Notes: a model not told the origin generated them from the letters alone. DNA of 64,000 bases from Lama glama (GCA_028534125.1 CM052832.1:23128001-23192000), one strand, 5' to 3'. Shown: positions 1 through 12,304, counted from the stretch's first letter. Translations and numbers: made by a program.

Positions 1-106
1 GAAATCTCAAGAGTAATATCCTATAGTTTAAAATTAACAATATTTGAGCAATACACGAGTGCTGGTTATCAATCAGACATAACATAGCTAATGGCAAATG
101 GCTGTG

Positions 107-618
107 CAGGCAAACATTTTATTGCACTTTGTTTTATTGTGCTTCACAGATATTGCCTTTTTTTTTTTACAAATTGGTGATTTATGGCAACCCTGAGTCA
201 AGCAAGTCTATCGGCACCACTTTTCCAACAGCATTTGCTCAGTGCGTGTCTCTGTGTCACATTTTAGTACTTCTCAAAAGAGTTCAAACTTTTTCATTAT
301 TATTATATTAGTTATGGTGATCTGTGATCAGTGATCTTTGATGTTACTATTGCAAAAAGGTTAAAACTGGCTGAAAGCTCAGGTAATAGCATTTTTTAGC
401 AATAACATTTTTTAATTAAGGTATGTACATTTTTTAATTAAGGTATGTACATTTTTTAGACATAATGCTATTTACATTTAATAGACTATAATATAGTGCA
501 AACATAACTTTTATATGTGCTGGAAAACCAAAAAATTCACAAGACTCACTTTATGGTGATTTTCACTTTATTGTGGTGGTTCTGGAACCAAATCTACAAT
601 TTCTCTGAGATAGGCCTG
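107..618 (+). mobile_element. Internally deleted non-autonomous Tigger1 derivative (Tigger1a_Art-like, TcMar-Tigger DNA transposon)
   Basis: Starts CAGGCAAAC..TTTTATTGC and ends GAGATAGGCCTG followed by TA. Contains the Tigger1 5' segment (GGCAACCCTGAGTCAAGCAAGTCTATCGGCACCA) joined directly to the Tigger1 3' segment (GACATAATGCTATT...GGAAAACCAAAAAATTC). Confidence 0.88.
405..458. repeat. Perfect 22-bp tandem duplication (ACATTTTTTAATTAAGGTATGT x2.4) inside the Tigger1 derivative
   Basis: Read directly: 405-426 is identical to 427-448, followed by a partial third copy. Confidence 0.9.
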
Positions 619-1524
619 TATTCACTGACACGCTATTTGAAAAGAAGAAACGCTCTGTGAATTCGAGCCCATACTCCCTTTTCTGATAAATTCTGTACAT
701 TCTCTTGAAGAAAAATGAAGAAAGGTTTTATGTGTTCTTATTAAGTGGCTTTGTGCTATGAAATAGAAATCATCTCAGCCTCTGAGGAGCTAATTCTCCT
801 GTTGCTGCATGACTGGCTCATTAAACTTTACCGTTTGGGCCCCGGCTTCCTATCCCTGGACTTAGCCTGGGAGAATGTTGGGACTCACCAAAAACGAAGG
901 CAAGCTGCTGCCTGTGTAAGCTCTCTGAGGCTGTACAAGGCAATGCCTAATTCATGAGGACTCCAGAGCCCAGACTTTTGCCAAATCATCTAATTTTTTT
1001 GCCAATCTATCTGTTACCAAGCTAAAAGCATCAGTAATGGTTTCTGAGAGAAAAAATATTAAATAAAGCTCAAAATGGTTGAATGCACTACATCTTGCTG
1101 AAAGGAAGTTGTCATTCACAATCAGTGTAACATGCATCAATGAACACTTCATAACGTCTTCTTTCCCTCCCAACCCCAAATGTTAATGTAGCAGACTACC
1201 TACATGGAAAGAAAACATGTTTTCAAAGTTCACACCTGCTTTGTACACTTAAAGGCTTAGTGCAGATTTAAGAGCACAGTCTTTTGGTGTGGTTTATAAT
1301 ATTTGCTAAGATACTTTTTTCTTTGTTTCTTATACTAAAAAGAAAGTAACTTGAAAATATTTTTAAAATATAGAATATGAATCTATTTTTCCAATTATAA
1401 ATAGATATATAATAAATTGCATGAAATAAAATATTATATTTTATTATTTATATTTCATTATTTAAATTTTTACTACTTTATTTATGTAATTTACTTTATT
1501 ATATAAATTACTACTTTATTATAT

Positions 1525-2112
1525 AAGTTAACTATTCCTGGGTAACAAATTTTTGCAAACTTAGAGGCTTAAAACAGTACATACTTATTATTACATCTAT
1601 TTTCTATGGTTCACAAGTCCAGGCACAATTTCACTGTGTCCTCTGGCTCTGGGCCCCAGAAGGTTGTAATCAAGGTGTCAGCTAGAGCTACGGTCTCATC
1701 TGGAAGCTAGACTGGGGAGAAACCACTTTCAAGCTCACTCAGGCTGTTGGCAGAATTCATTTCCTTGCAATAGGACCAAGGGCCCTAGCTGCTTATTGGT
1801 TGTCAACTGGATGTTGGCCTCAGCTCCTAGAAGCTTCCCCCAGCTTCTTGCTACACAGACCTCCCAATATGGCTGACTGCTTCTTCACATCCAGTGAGAA
1901 AGAGAGAGTCTCTTGAGCAAGTCTACTAGCAAGACAGAGTCTTTTATACTATAACATAATCACAGGAGTGACATCTGTTACCTTTGCCATGTTTTATTGG
2001 TTAGAAGCAAGTCACAGCTTCCACCCACACTCAAGGGGAGTTAATTACACAAGGATGTGAACATCAGTAGGCAAAGATCACTAGGGAGTCATCCAAGTAT
2101 CTGTCTGCTACC
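1525..2112 (-). mobile_element. MLT1 (MLT1E/F-like) MaLR solo LTR
   Basis: Antisense MLT1 motifs: AAACTTAGAGGCTTAAAACA, CAAGGTGTCAGCTAGAGCT, GCTGTTGGCAGAATTCATTTCCTTG, TTGGTTAGAAGCAAGTCACAG..CCCACACTCAAGGGGAG. Confidence 0.85.
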
Positions 2113-2749
2113 CTTTTTTTTTTGCCACTGCATGACCTGTGATAGTGTGAAGTGAACATTAAGCTAACTCATTCCACCTATCCAAGATAGTGATTCTAAG
2201 TGGGGTTTCTCGTATCATGGTTTCCTGAGATCGGGAACATTTCTAGGACTTTTATGGGATGTAAATAGAGAACAGAATTAGAATTCTGTCTGTCCTTTGC
2301 TAAGAAAGGTGAACACAGTACATAAGTTATGAAATATCTGGCTATGCTTAAGTAAACTTTTTGCACAGTCCCAAGCTAAGTGGGATATTGGGGTTTGGGG
2401 TTTGTTTGTTTGCTTTTTGAGAAGTCAGTAAAAGGATGTGCACAGTACTTAAGATGAGTACTTAACTCAAAGACCATCTGGTAGGATAAAGCCTTGACAT
2501 AAGGTAGAGCTCTGATTTCAGCTAAGTTGTCTTAAACAGGCCAGGTATTCTGTGAGTACACGCTGAATTCAAAGGAATCAAGGCATTGCACTAGGCTCCC
2601 ATAGGGGATGAGTGACAGTCACACTGCTGGTAGCTTAGGGTTTTATCTTCACATATTATGTGGTGGGAACATTGTATTTTTGTCATAACTCCTTCCTTCT
2701 CAATTCCTTACATAGATATATATACATATATATCCCATTTGGTCTTAAA

Positions 2750-2912
2750 AATAAACTTTCAGTCCCATTTGGGATTAGGAGAAACTGAACTTCATAAAGG
2801 TGAAATAATATTCCAAATGCTACAAACTGTATGTGGTGAAGCCTAAATGCAGATTAGATTTTTGTCAGATTTAAGCATTGACTTAGAGCAGTGCTCTCTG
2901 CATTACATCAAG
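2750..2912 (-). mobile_element. MIR SINE fragment
   Basis: Degenerate MIR core, antisense (CCCATTT..GGAGAAACTGAACTTCATAAAGGTGAAATAA). Confidence 0.6.
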
Positions 2913-3292
2913 CTAACTTTTCATTTCTAGTAAGGCTTCAGTAGTGATTCTAAATAGGGAAGAGGTACAACAAGCTACATAAAAATCGCCTCTCCAAACA
3001 TTCATAAAATCTGTTATACAATCACTGCCATCTTCAAGCTTTCTATTGCCATAGGGTATTTGGCATGTACCAGTTCATGGATACTATGGGTATCATAAAC
3101 ATGCAGTCACTTATCAGTGACTTATCACAGCAACCATGTCACGAAGAAAATGATCCAATGCAATGCCCCAACACAGACAGCTGGGAAACCTCACTGGCCA
3201 ACTGCATAGACAGAAAGAGGAAGTGAGAAGGAAAAATATGTTTGTCAACTACTCCATAGCTAGTTTCTTTAGGGACATTAAGTTATCATTCA

Positions 3293-3389
3293 TGTTATGG
3301 GTTGAGTATGTGTGCCCCAAAAATGTATGTGTTAAAATCCTAACCTCCAAGGTGTTGGCACTAGGAGGGAGGGACTTTGGGAAGTAACT
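3293..3389 (+). mobile_element. 5' start of an MLT1A/B-like MaLR LTR, cut off by the assembly gap
   Basis: TGTTATGGGTTGAGTATGTGTGCCCCAAAAATGTATGTGTTAAAATCCTAACCTCCAAGGTG...GGGACTTTGGGAAGTAA resembles the MLT1A 5' end. Confidence 0.75.
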
Positions 3390-3889
3390 NNNNNNNNNNN
3401 NNNNNNNNNNNNNNNNNNNNNNNNNNNNNNNNNNNNNNNNNNNNNNNNNNNNNNNNNNNNNNNNNNNNNNNNNNNNNNNNNNNNNNNNNNNNNNNNNNNN
3501 NNNNNNNNNNNNNNNNNNNNNNNNNNNNNNNNNNNNNNNNNNNNNNNNNNNNNNNNNNNNNNNNNNNNNNNNNNNNNNNNNNNNNNNNNNNNNNNNNNNN
3601 NNNNNNNNNNNNNNNNNNNNNNNNNNNNNNNNNNNNNNNNNNNNNNNNNNNNNNNNNNNNNNNNNNNNNNNNNNNNNNNNNNNNNNNNNNNNNNNNNNNN
3701 NNNNNNNNNNNNNNNNNNNNNNNNNNNNNNNNNNNNNNNNNNNNNNNNNNNNNNNNNNNNNNNNNNNNNNNNNNNNNNNNNNNNNNNNNNNNNNNNNNNN
3801 NNNNNNNNNNNNNNNNNNNNNNNNNNNNNNNNNNNNNNNNNNNNNNNNNNNNNNNNNNNNNNNNNNNNNNNNNNNNNNNNNNNNNNNNN
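3390..3889. other. Assembly gap of exactly 500 N
   Basis: Run of N. The round length suggests a placeholder scaffold join. Confidence 0.99.
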
Positions 3890-4311
3890 TTTTTTTAATA
3901 TAACACATAACATTGACAGTGAAGTTAGCACGTATTTTTACATATACATATACTGTGTAATCATATATATTGATAACAGAAATATAAGCTACTACTATTC
4001 TTTTGCAAAACTATGTATCAATATTCACAACATTCCAGGGAAATATTTTTGAATGCAGGAAAATCTTTAGTCACAAAGATTTTTATTGCATATTTATTCA
4101 TGGTTAAGAATAGACACTATATAAGCAACAATAAGGAATATGAAATAAATTATGGCTCATTGTTATAATAGGATACTATGCAACCATTAAAATAATTATT
4201 ACTATGAAATTGACACAAGAGAAATCCTTAAGTTACAATTTTGGGTTTGAAAAAGAAAATGTGCATAGTTTATATCATCACAAGCATGTAATACAAATCA
4301 GTGAAACTCTT

Positions 4312-4497
4312 TTTTTAAAACATTTTTTATTGAGTTATAGTCATTTTACAATGTTGTGTCAAATTCCAGTGTAGAGCACAATTTTTCAGTTATACATGAA
4401 CATACATATATTCCTTGTCACATTTTTTCCCACTGTGAGCTCCCAAAGACCTTGTATCTATTTCCCTGTGCTATACAATATAATCTTTACCTATTGT
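4312..4497 (-). mobile_element. Young 5'-truncated L1 3' end (camelid-type) with TSD
   Basis: Antisense L1 3'UTR (TTTTATTGAGTTATAGTCATTTTACAATGTTGTGTCAAATTCCAGTGTA...TTTCCCTGTGCTATACA). Flanks are AGTGAAACTCTT (4300-4311) and AGCAAAACTCTT (4498-4509). Confidence 0.88.
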
Positions 4498-6339
4498 AGC
4501 AAAACTCTTCGTTGAAAGAGAAGCCTAAGACAATACACCAAAACTAATATGGTTGTGACATATTAGATTCTAAATTTCTTATAAAGAGGGTGAATGATTT
4601 TTACAAGTGAAATAATAATAGGTTTTATTTTAAAAACTGGGTTGAGGGGTTCTGTTTTTTTGAAAACTAACAGGATCAGGGCATATCTCTTATAATGGCT
4701 GGTTAAACAGTTAAACAGTCCAGAGAAATGATGAAAGTAATCATAATTTCAGAGTAACATGAGAAGCAGAAAGACTGTGAGTCAGTCAAATTATGGCATA
4801 ATCTATAAAATCTGAGAAAAGTGCTCCTTTTTCCCAACATCACCACCTCCAAAAAACATTATCTTACTAATCATGTTCTGCCATAGCTTCTTTCTAGCCA
4901 TACTTAAAGTCATGAATTAATGATTAAATCATACTTAGCTCAGAGCACATAAGCATGCAAGACTGATAAATTTTGTTAAGGATGAGAGATAGGAGAAGAT
5001 AGTTTGCCAGATGTAAAGCAGCCTTCTTAACTTCTGAAAGGCACTCCTGTGAGTCCTGAACACAGAATTCACGTGAATGTGGGAAATGTCGATACGCACT
5101 TGACACCTTGAATTTCTTTTATGAAACCATACTCTCAGAACTAATATCATTCTGCACTCAGCAGGAATCAGCAAAGCCACTTTGGCTTGAGCCTTACAAT
5201 GTATTAGAGATATCTTTGAGCATTCCTCCTGTAATGAAATGCCATGAGATGTTCAACACCTCCAATTGTAGAAATATATAGTATGAGATGAAGAAAAAAA
5301 AAGTGATGCCCATATAGAAGAAAGAAACTAAGATTGTACTGTGGTCCAACATATGATATTTATTAATAAAACTACATTGACAGTCAGAAAACTAAATCCC
5401 AGAGAGCAGACGTTTAGAAATACAGGTAATTTTCCAGATCCTGCATGAAGACATAGGGTAAGGAGTATAAAAGGCACATGTAGGCGAGAAGAGACGCACA
5501 AGTTAACGCAGAGGTGCTTCCCTAAGAGTCATCTGACAGGCGAAAAACCAAGGAAGTAAAATGAGGTTCAAGGACAGAAAAGACTAGATTCGCACTGATC
5601 TGACCAGCAGGCCAGAGACAAAATGACTGATGGGCAGTGGGGTAAGGAAAACAAAGCAAGGAGTGAAGCACAGAGAAGGTAAGGTGAAAGTGCTCAGGAG
5701 AGGAAGTCCATCAGTCCAGGGATATCAGGGAAATTCCCTTCTAGTCCTTAAAGGTTCCACACTAAGCTTAGGAGAAATAACTAAAGTTCATCATTCAGAT
5801 GTGAAAGAAACATTCATTTCATTTTATCTCCCAATAATTAAATAAGTGACTGTTGACTTGTTTTTTAATAAGAGGAACAAAAGATGGATTTTAAACTGGT
5901 TAACCGTCTGAGCCAGTGTCAGTATTTCTAGTGCCTTCTCTTCTCCAAGGCTACCCAGTCCTTCATGATCCTTCTCCTACAAAACCTGGCCCCCAGGCTC
6001 CACTCTGCTTCAAACTGTAGAATGCACTGACCTCTAATTAAGGATGTTGCTGATGCCAGAGTTAAGCAGCTGAAATAACAGTTTCAGTATAGTTATTAGG
6101 AGTTAAAGCTGCCTCTAATTCAGAGAACATTGTTAAATCAGTGCCTCTAATCTCAGCATATCTTCATACTGCTCTGAGTGATTCACAATTGACTTCTGAG
6201 CCTATTTTGACTGCATGACTTTTTCTATCACAATTATATAGGATTCTCAAACAGAGATGATTTTCTTCTTACAGCGTTTTTCATGACCTTTAAATATCTT
6301 TAAATGTCCATACAGATTTATTAACAGGAATGTAAGTGT

Positions 6340-7045
6340 TAGCCTCAACAATAATAGGGCAATCTGACAATACAGGCCTCATGAGGATGTGATGCAACAG
6401 GAAGTACATACCATCACCAATGGAGAGTTCTGGCCTGAAAAATGCTTATCTTGAAGCTAATCATGGATAAACAACCACATAAATACAAATTCAACCAAAA
6501 AATTGAACTTGACTCCGTGAAACTGTCAGTGTTATGAAAGACCCTAAAAAAACCTGATGGGAGAATCGTTCCAGATTAAAAGAAACTAAATAGACATGCA
6601 ACTAAATGCCAAGTGTGATCCTTACTTGGATTACTAGGTTGAAATAGAAAAACTGAATGGCATCACAAGGAGAGTTGAGAAATGTGAATATAGGCTGAAT
6701 ATGACACGATAATAATAGTGTACCAGCATTAAATTGGTGCAAGTTATTGTGTTTATGTAGAAGAATGCCTTTGTCCTTAGAAAACACATCATGAGCCATT
6801 TAAGAGTGATGTTTGCAACTTCCTTTCAAACGGTTTTAAAAAAGGAAAAAGTGTAAAAAATAAATATATGCATATGCACATCTTACATATACATAGAGAG
6901 AGAGAGAGACAGAAACAGACAGAGACAAAGACAGGGAGAAAAACCAACATGGCAAAAGTGTTAACAACTGATGAAGAGCATATTGGTGATCATAGTATTT
7001 ACCATTCTTTTAATTTTTCTATTTTTTTTTCAAAACAAGGTTGGG
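6340..7045 (+). mobile_element. Ancient L1 3'UTR fragment (L1MC5/L1ME-like)
   Basis: GATGTGATGCAACAGGAAGTACA, TTCCAGATTAAAAGAAACTAAATAGACATG..ACTAAATGC, ATGGCAAAAGTGTTAACAACTG. Confidence 0.75.
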
Positions 7046-7089
7046 AAAAACACATGCAATATAAATGCATAACCCTGTGAAGCTTAGAA

Positions 7090-7230
7090 ATCCAAAGAAT
7101 GGGTTGTGAATACAGCTCTGACAAATGTGTCTTGGTGACCCTGGACAGGCAGTCTAACTTCTTGGGGCTTTAGTTTCCTCTTCTATAAAGTACGGTGGAT
7201 AAACAGAATGATCTCCAAGGCCTCTCCTGC
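7090..7230 (+). mobile_element. MIR/MIR3 fragment
   Basis: GTGACCCTGGACAGGCAGTCTAACTTCTTGGGGCTTTAGTTTCCTCTTCTATAAA...ATGATCTCCAAGG. Confidence 0.7.
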
Positions 7231-7884
7231 AATATTAGTAGGCATTTGGGAATAAAAATAGTCACATGTCTATGTATGTGAGTATATGTTGACATATGCA
7301 GATAGCATAATAAAACTGCTATTTCTCTTCACAAAATTACTCCCTGGTAATTTCATAATTTATAAATTATTCCTCCTCAGCACCTTGGCTAATTGTGTGT
7401 GTTTAATGATATTAGCTTACTTGGCATTAAAATTATGTTTCTTCTTCCAATAATCAGACCTCTTATCGACCTTAAAAAAAAAAAAAGATCTCTACACAAA
7501 ACACACACACAAAAAAAAGGAAGAGAGGACACAGGAGAGAATGAAGGAAAGGGAGGAATGAAGAGAGAGGAGGAAGAGGGAAAGGGAGGGGAAGAAAGAA
7601 TTACAAGCTGAAGGCTGCTCCAAAGAAATATATACTTAACGTCATGCAAAATAGGAATTAAAGTTCCTATTTAGTGTTATATCATTATAGTTATACCAGT
7701 CCTTCAGGTGATTGTCTCCAACTGAGAGATGGAAATGGTACCAGAGCCACTCCATTAACCCATAAATATACATATCTAACCCAGTGTGCAAAGCTCAGCG
7801 GTGTCCACTAGAAACCAAAGCAATGAGTGAAGGCAAAAATGGATAGTCCTAAGAAAGGGAAAGAAGAGTTTTTTAAAATTGTAC

Positions 7885-7983
7885 CTGTAGCTCTGCCAAC
7901 ACGTCACCTGATGGACTGCTTTCCAAGATTAGCAAGTTTCTAAGGCTATTAAGAAGTAGACCAATTTGACCATTAGCCTTAAG
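7885..7983 (-). other. Candidate 99-nt internal exon (gene unidentified, coding status unknown)
   Basis: Minus-strand acceptor TCTTTTGTTCTGTTTCTGTTTTTCAG| and donor CAG|GTACAA. Non-repetitive sequence. The phase-0 frame is open (LKANGQIGLLLNSLRNLLILESSPSGDVLAELQ) but I do not recognise the peptide. Confidence 0.4.
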
Positions 7984-8495
7984 CTGAAAAACAGAAACAG
8001 AACAAAAGACGAAGCTTCTGTTTATTTTTTAACGCAAAAGAACAGCACAAAAACCATGCTCAGAAAAGCTAAAAAATTTTTTAAATCACTCTAACTTAAT
8101 TTTTACTATATTTTTTGTATACACTGATTTTTAGACAGCATGCTTTTTTACTGCTGCGTATTCTGATTTTTTACTATGACTATGGATTATCTTTTAAAAT
8201 AAATTTAAAACCTTAAGTGTAAACAAAAAAAAACCTCCATGTAAAACAGTATGATTATTTACCTCTGTTTGACATGGAGAAATTTCCAGAACTATCATAA
8301 ACTAAGTTGACAAATATATTGACAGCAATAAAGTGATTCTGTAACTGGAAATTTTTTGAAACATGAGAAATTATGATAACTAATCTGAGAGTATAACCAT
8401 TGGATTGATTCTCTGTTTACTTTCATTATTCTTGGTGACTTGTATTGGAGTTGCCATTAACCCACTGAAGAAGTGAAAAACAAAATTCTTTGAAT

Positions 8496-8892
8496 GAAAT
8501 AATGCCATTTGCAGCAACACTGAGAGACCTAGAGATTACCATACTAAGTGAAGTAAGTCAGATAGAGAAATACAAATATCATGATATCACTTATATGTGG
8601 AATCTTAAAAAAAGAGAAAAATGAGCTTATTTATGAACAAATGAACAGACAGAAAACAAACTTTGGTTACCAAAAGGAAAAGATGGGGAATAAATTAGGA
8701 GTTTGGGATTAACAGATACAAACTATATATAAAATAGATAAACAAGAAGATCCTAGGGAACTACATTCAATATCATATAATAACCTATAATGAAAAAAAA
8801 TATGAAAAAGAATATAATATGTGTAACTTAATCACTATGCTGTACACCAGAAGCTAATACAACATTGTAAATCAACTACACTTCAATTTAAA
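8496..8892 (+). mobile_element. 5'-truncated artiodactyl-type L1 3' end with 14-bp TSD
   Basis: GAAATAATGCCATTTGCAGCAACA...CTAAGTGAAGTAAGTCAGA...AACATTGTAAATCAACTACACTTCAATT. TSD AAAATTCTTTGAAT at 8482-8495 and 8893-8906. Confidence 0.92.
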
Positions 8893-10108
8893 AAAATTCT
8901 TTGAATTCCAACATATAGATACTTGACCGTATCATTAGCAAGAAGAAAAATGATTGTAGCAGAATGAAGTCTTACTCTATCCAGCTCTCCATGAAGGGGA
9001 GTGAAGCCCACTCTCTCTCCATTCACACCCTCTTTATCCTACTCCCATTTTCTTCACCTATGCAATAATAATAATTTTTAAAAGCCCATAAAAGAATTCT
9101 TAGCCACCCACATTGACAGCGTGTCCTTGGCATTATTTCAAATGCAGTATAGATAAGGATTTGCTTTACCAAAGTGACTACGCACTTGTGAAGGAATTAA
9201 GTACACCCACTCAGAAGTTAAACTTTTCATGGCAGCTTTCTGTTAGAGCTTCTACTTCTTTGGGACAATGAGGGACCCAGAATCTTGCCTGGAATAGTCA
9301 AAAAGAGTCCACCTGGACCAGCTTTTCAACAACACTAACAGTTTTAGTAAAACAACAAGAGGATATATGCAAATCCACACACTGAAGTAAGACTCACAAG
9401 CACACACTTATGTAAACCAGTAATAGGGACTACATAGTGTTTCCTACTTCAATATCCAATTCCTCCTCATCCAGCAAATAATCTCTTCTCTTCTCCAATC
9501 TGAATTTTTTCAGAATCCGCTGATCCTCTTCTGCTTGTCCCTATCTTGCTCTGGAATAGCTCCAGTATGCTTGTCCCTAAGAGTTGTCCCAAAAGCTCAA
9601 GCTTTTCATCTACAAAGACTAAACACTCATTTTAAATCATGAGTCTTTATAAACTGATTTCCAGGAGGTTTTTCTCCCATCAATATGCTGTGCAAAATGT
9701 AACAAAGTATGCAAAATGTTAACTGCTGCCTTTTCTTATTAACAGGAGTAACTGCTTGATGCTGCAGCTCCCTCACTTGTACCATCCTGATTCATGCCCC
9801 CTCCACCTTGACCAGTGTTCTGTGTGATGTGACAATAAAAAGGGCATTTTAAAGCCCTTTGGCTAGGAAACACAATTTCTTGTTTGACCTTCACTGAATA
9901 ATATCATGCCTGTCCTTGGGTAATATTTCTCCCAACAGTAGCAGCAGTAGCAGTCATCTGTGAATGTTACTAGCAGGCACCAATCACCTAAATAACACAT
10001 GGGGGCTACACTGCAGTGGCATGCACCCCAGCCCAAGCTGCTGCATGAACCATTTTTTGTGGCATGCTGGCTAATTGATATTCACATACACCATGATCAT
10101 CATCTTAC

Positions 10109-10260
10109 TCTCGTGAGCACTCCTCCCTCTCCTCCTTTCTCTGCAGGCCTCCCTCCTACCAGCTCAGGTACTGGAAGTTTGGCTTCTTGATAGAGAGAGA
10201 GAGAGAGAGATAACTATATAACTGTTTTGGATATAACTAAAGCACTGATGTGACGTCAAG
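10109..10260 (-). promoter_or_regulatory. Candidate promoter/first exon: palindromic CRE, TATA-like element, (GA)n tract and splice donor
   Basis: TGACGTCA at 10251-10258, TAACTATATAAC at 10211-10222, (GA)n at 10192-10210, minus-strand donor AGA|GTAAGA at 10109/10108. Confidence 0.35.
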
Positions 10261-11594
10261 ATCACCAGAACACCCAACCCAAGTGCGTCTTCACTCCTTA
10301 AAACTCTCCATAAAACACACTGCTCTGCCCAACACAGGAAAATATTTGTCTAAGTCGTCACCCTCATACCATTTCTATGTGAAAGACAAACAAGAACATC
10401 TCTCCACGGCCCACCAACATCCTCCAGCAGATCTCACTCATAAGTAGAATTTATCATCAAAATACAGACATTGTTCAAGAAAGACCAAACCTAGTGACCC
10501 TTCCTATGGTAAGCAGCCAACCACAACAGTGGAGCCGGCACAGAAGATGTGGCCTCGTGGACAGGGAAGGAGTTACAGTCCAAAAGAGAACCATTTCTAC
10601 CAGAGCAGCGATACTAGCATCTGAGAATTGTAAGAGTTCATGTTAACAAAACAGTTGGAGCGGTTTGGGGAAAATAAGCTGTAACTACAACCAATTGCCA
10701 AACCAAGAGATACAGTTCTGAATAAGCCCTTCATTTAGACAGCCAGAGCAGATCCTGGTCAAAGCCAGGGAGAAGTTTAAGCAAAGCCAGAACAGAGGCC
10801 ACTGGTTGAATTGCCAACACCCTCATTATGCCTTCACGGTTTAATGAACAGTATAGCATGTTCTGAACTTTTTTATTTCACGTATATATATATTTCATCT
10901 ATTTGTAGTCAATAACTTGATAGGCTATATTAAATAATCAATCTTGATTAAAAGCTATAGCCAAGTCTCATTAGCCACTGTGTTTCCTCTTCGATTTTTG
11001 TTGGCTTGCTGGATTTTCTGGCCATTTTCACTAACTTTAATTAAGGAAAGAGAAAGAAGCAGAACTTTTGGAATTAGATGAAAACCTTTTGTCCTATTCC
11101 TGCAAGTCCTTCTTTCTGTTAAACTGTATTTTCCGGCTTAAAATAAGGTCTCCAATGAATATGCCTGTCATTATTTTAAAAATAATAATAATTGGTTGTT
11201 AAGGAATAAAAAGCACAAAGCATGTATGTTTATTTCTCTGCCTTTCCCCTCAACTCAATGGCTATTAAAGGGCAGTGATAGTCCCACGGAAACACGGGTT
11301 CTTTAACTGTACCAGAAAATGCATTTAAAACCTAAACTAGCTAGCTGCAGCCATATCTTTGTTTGGCAACCTGAGTATTTTCTTCACTTAGTACTGCTCA
11401 TAGCAACACACAAAGGATTACTCTGCAGCCAGGGATAATAGCTGATCCCATAATCTGGCACTAACACTTAGAAAGATTAATTACCCTATTAAAACCTTAG
11501 ACATTACTAAGAAAATCTTTGTATAAACCTTTTAACTCACAACAAATGCAGCCTCCTTGGTACCTTCGGTTTGTTACACAATAAGGGTCCTCAC

Positions 11595-11800
11595 CCTCCG
11601 ACACTTTTCACCATTGTTTCCGGCATCTTCAGGAATTAGCCAGATGCACACACACCATCGTGCACACACATCGGCAAACTCGCCTGGAGCAAGAGTCAGA
11701 GCTTCTTCCTGATACACAGGCAGAAAGTGGGAGTGTGGTTGGAGCAGATAAAGTAGAAACTCCTCCCGTCTACAAACTGGCTGCAATGGAGATTTAAGCA
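11595..11800 (-). promoter_or_regulatory. Candidate alternative first exon/promoter
   Basis: Strong minus-strand donor AGG|GTGAGG at 11595/11594. Locally retained CpGs (about 7 in 200 bp) in unique sequence. ETS-like CCGGAA on the minus strand. Confidence 0.3.
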
Positions 11801-12304
11801 GCAGGGGGAAAAACACTCTGTGATTCAAAGGCTGCAGCTGTGTCAGAAACCAGAGGTACCTAAGAAGATGCAGGTTGTAATCCCCACACAAATTATATGC
11901 CCAATATGTAAAATGATAAGGAGCGTTGAATTCTTGATGCTTAGTATCAAAGTTTCCCCTGGAGTATATCACTCCCAATTAGACTTGAGGGCCACCTTTG
12001 TGTTTTTACTTCCACACTCACCAGCAGCCTGTAATGGTTCCCTTTCTTCTCCAGGGCTGCTTCCTCTCAGATTTCTTACCACACTTTCAAGGGGAACCCG
12101 TTGGCTTCAAGACATAAACGTAATCAAATAGAAGAGGAAGCAGAGGCCAAGGAAATAGTGTATGTCATTTATAAGACAAACAAAAGGAATATTGAACCCT
12201 CTCCATCCCATTTATCAATTATGGTATCTCACTGACTATGTCATCAAATAACCCTCATCAAATGTTGTCCTCAGAAAAATGCTGGAATACTGTTGATAAT
12301 AAAC

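Noticed and set aside
3104..3127. 11-bp tandem with a 7-bp inverted repeat and two GATA sites
   Set aside because: Too short to distinguish from chance or simple slippage.
3249..3931. Three long ORFs (173-219 aa) in the ORF track
   Set aside because: Artefacts of translating through the 500-N gap.
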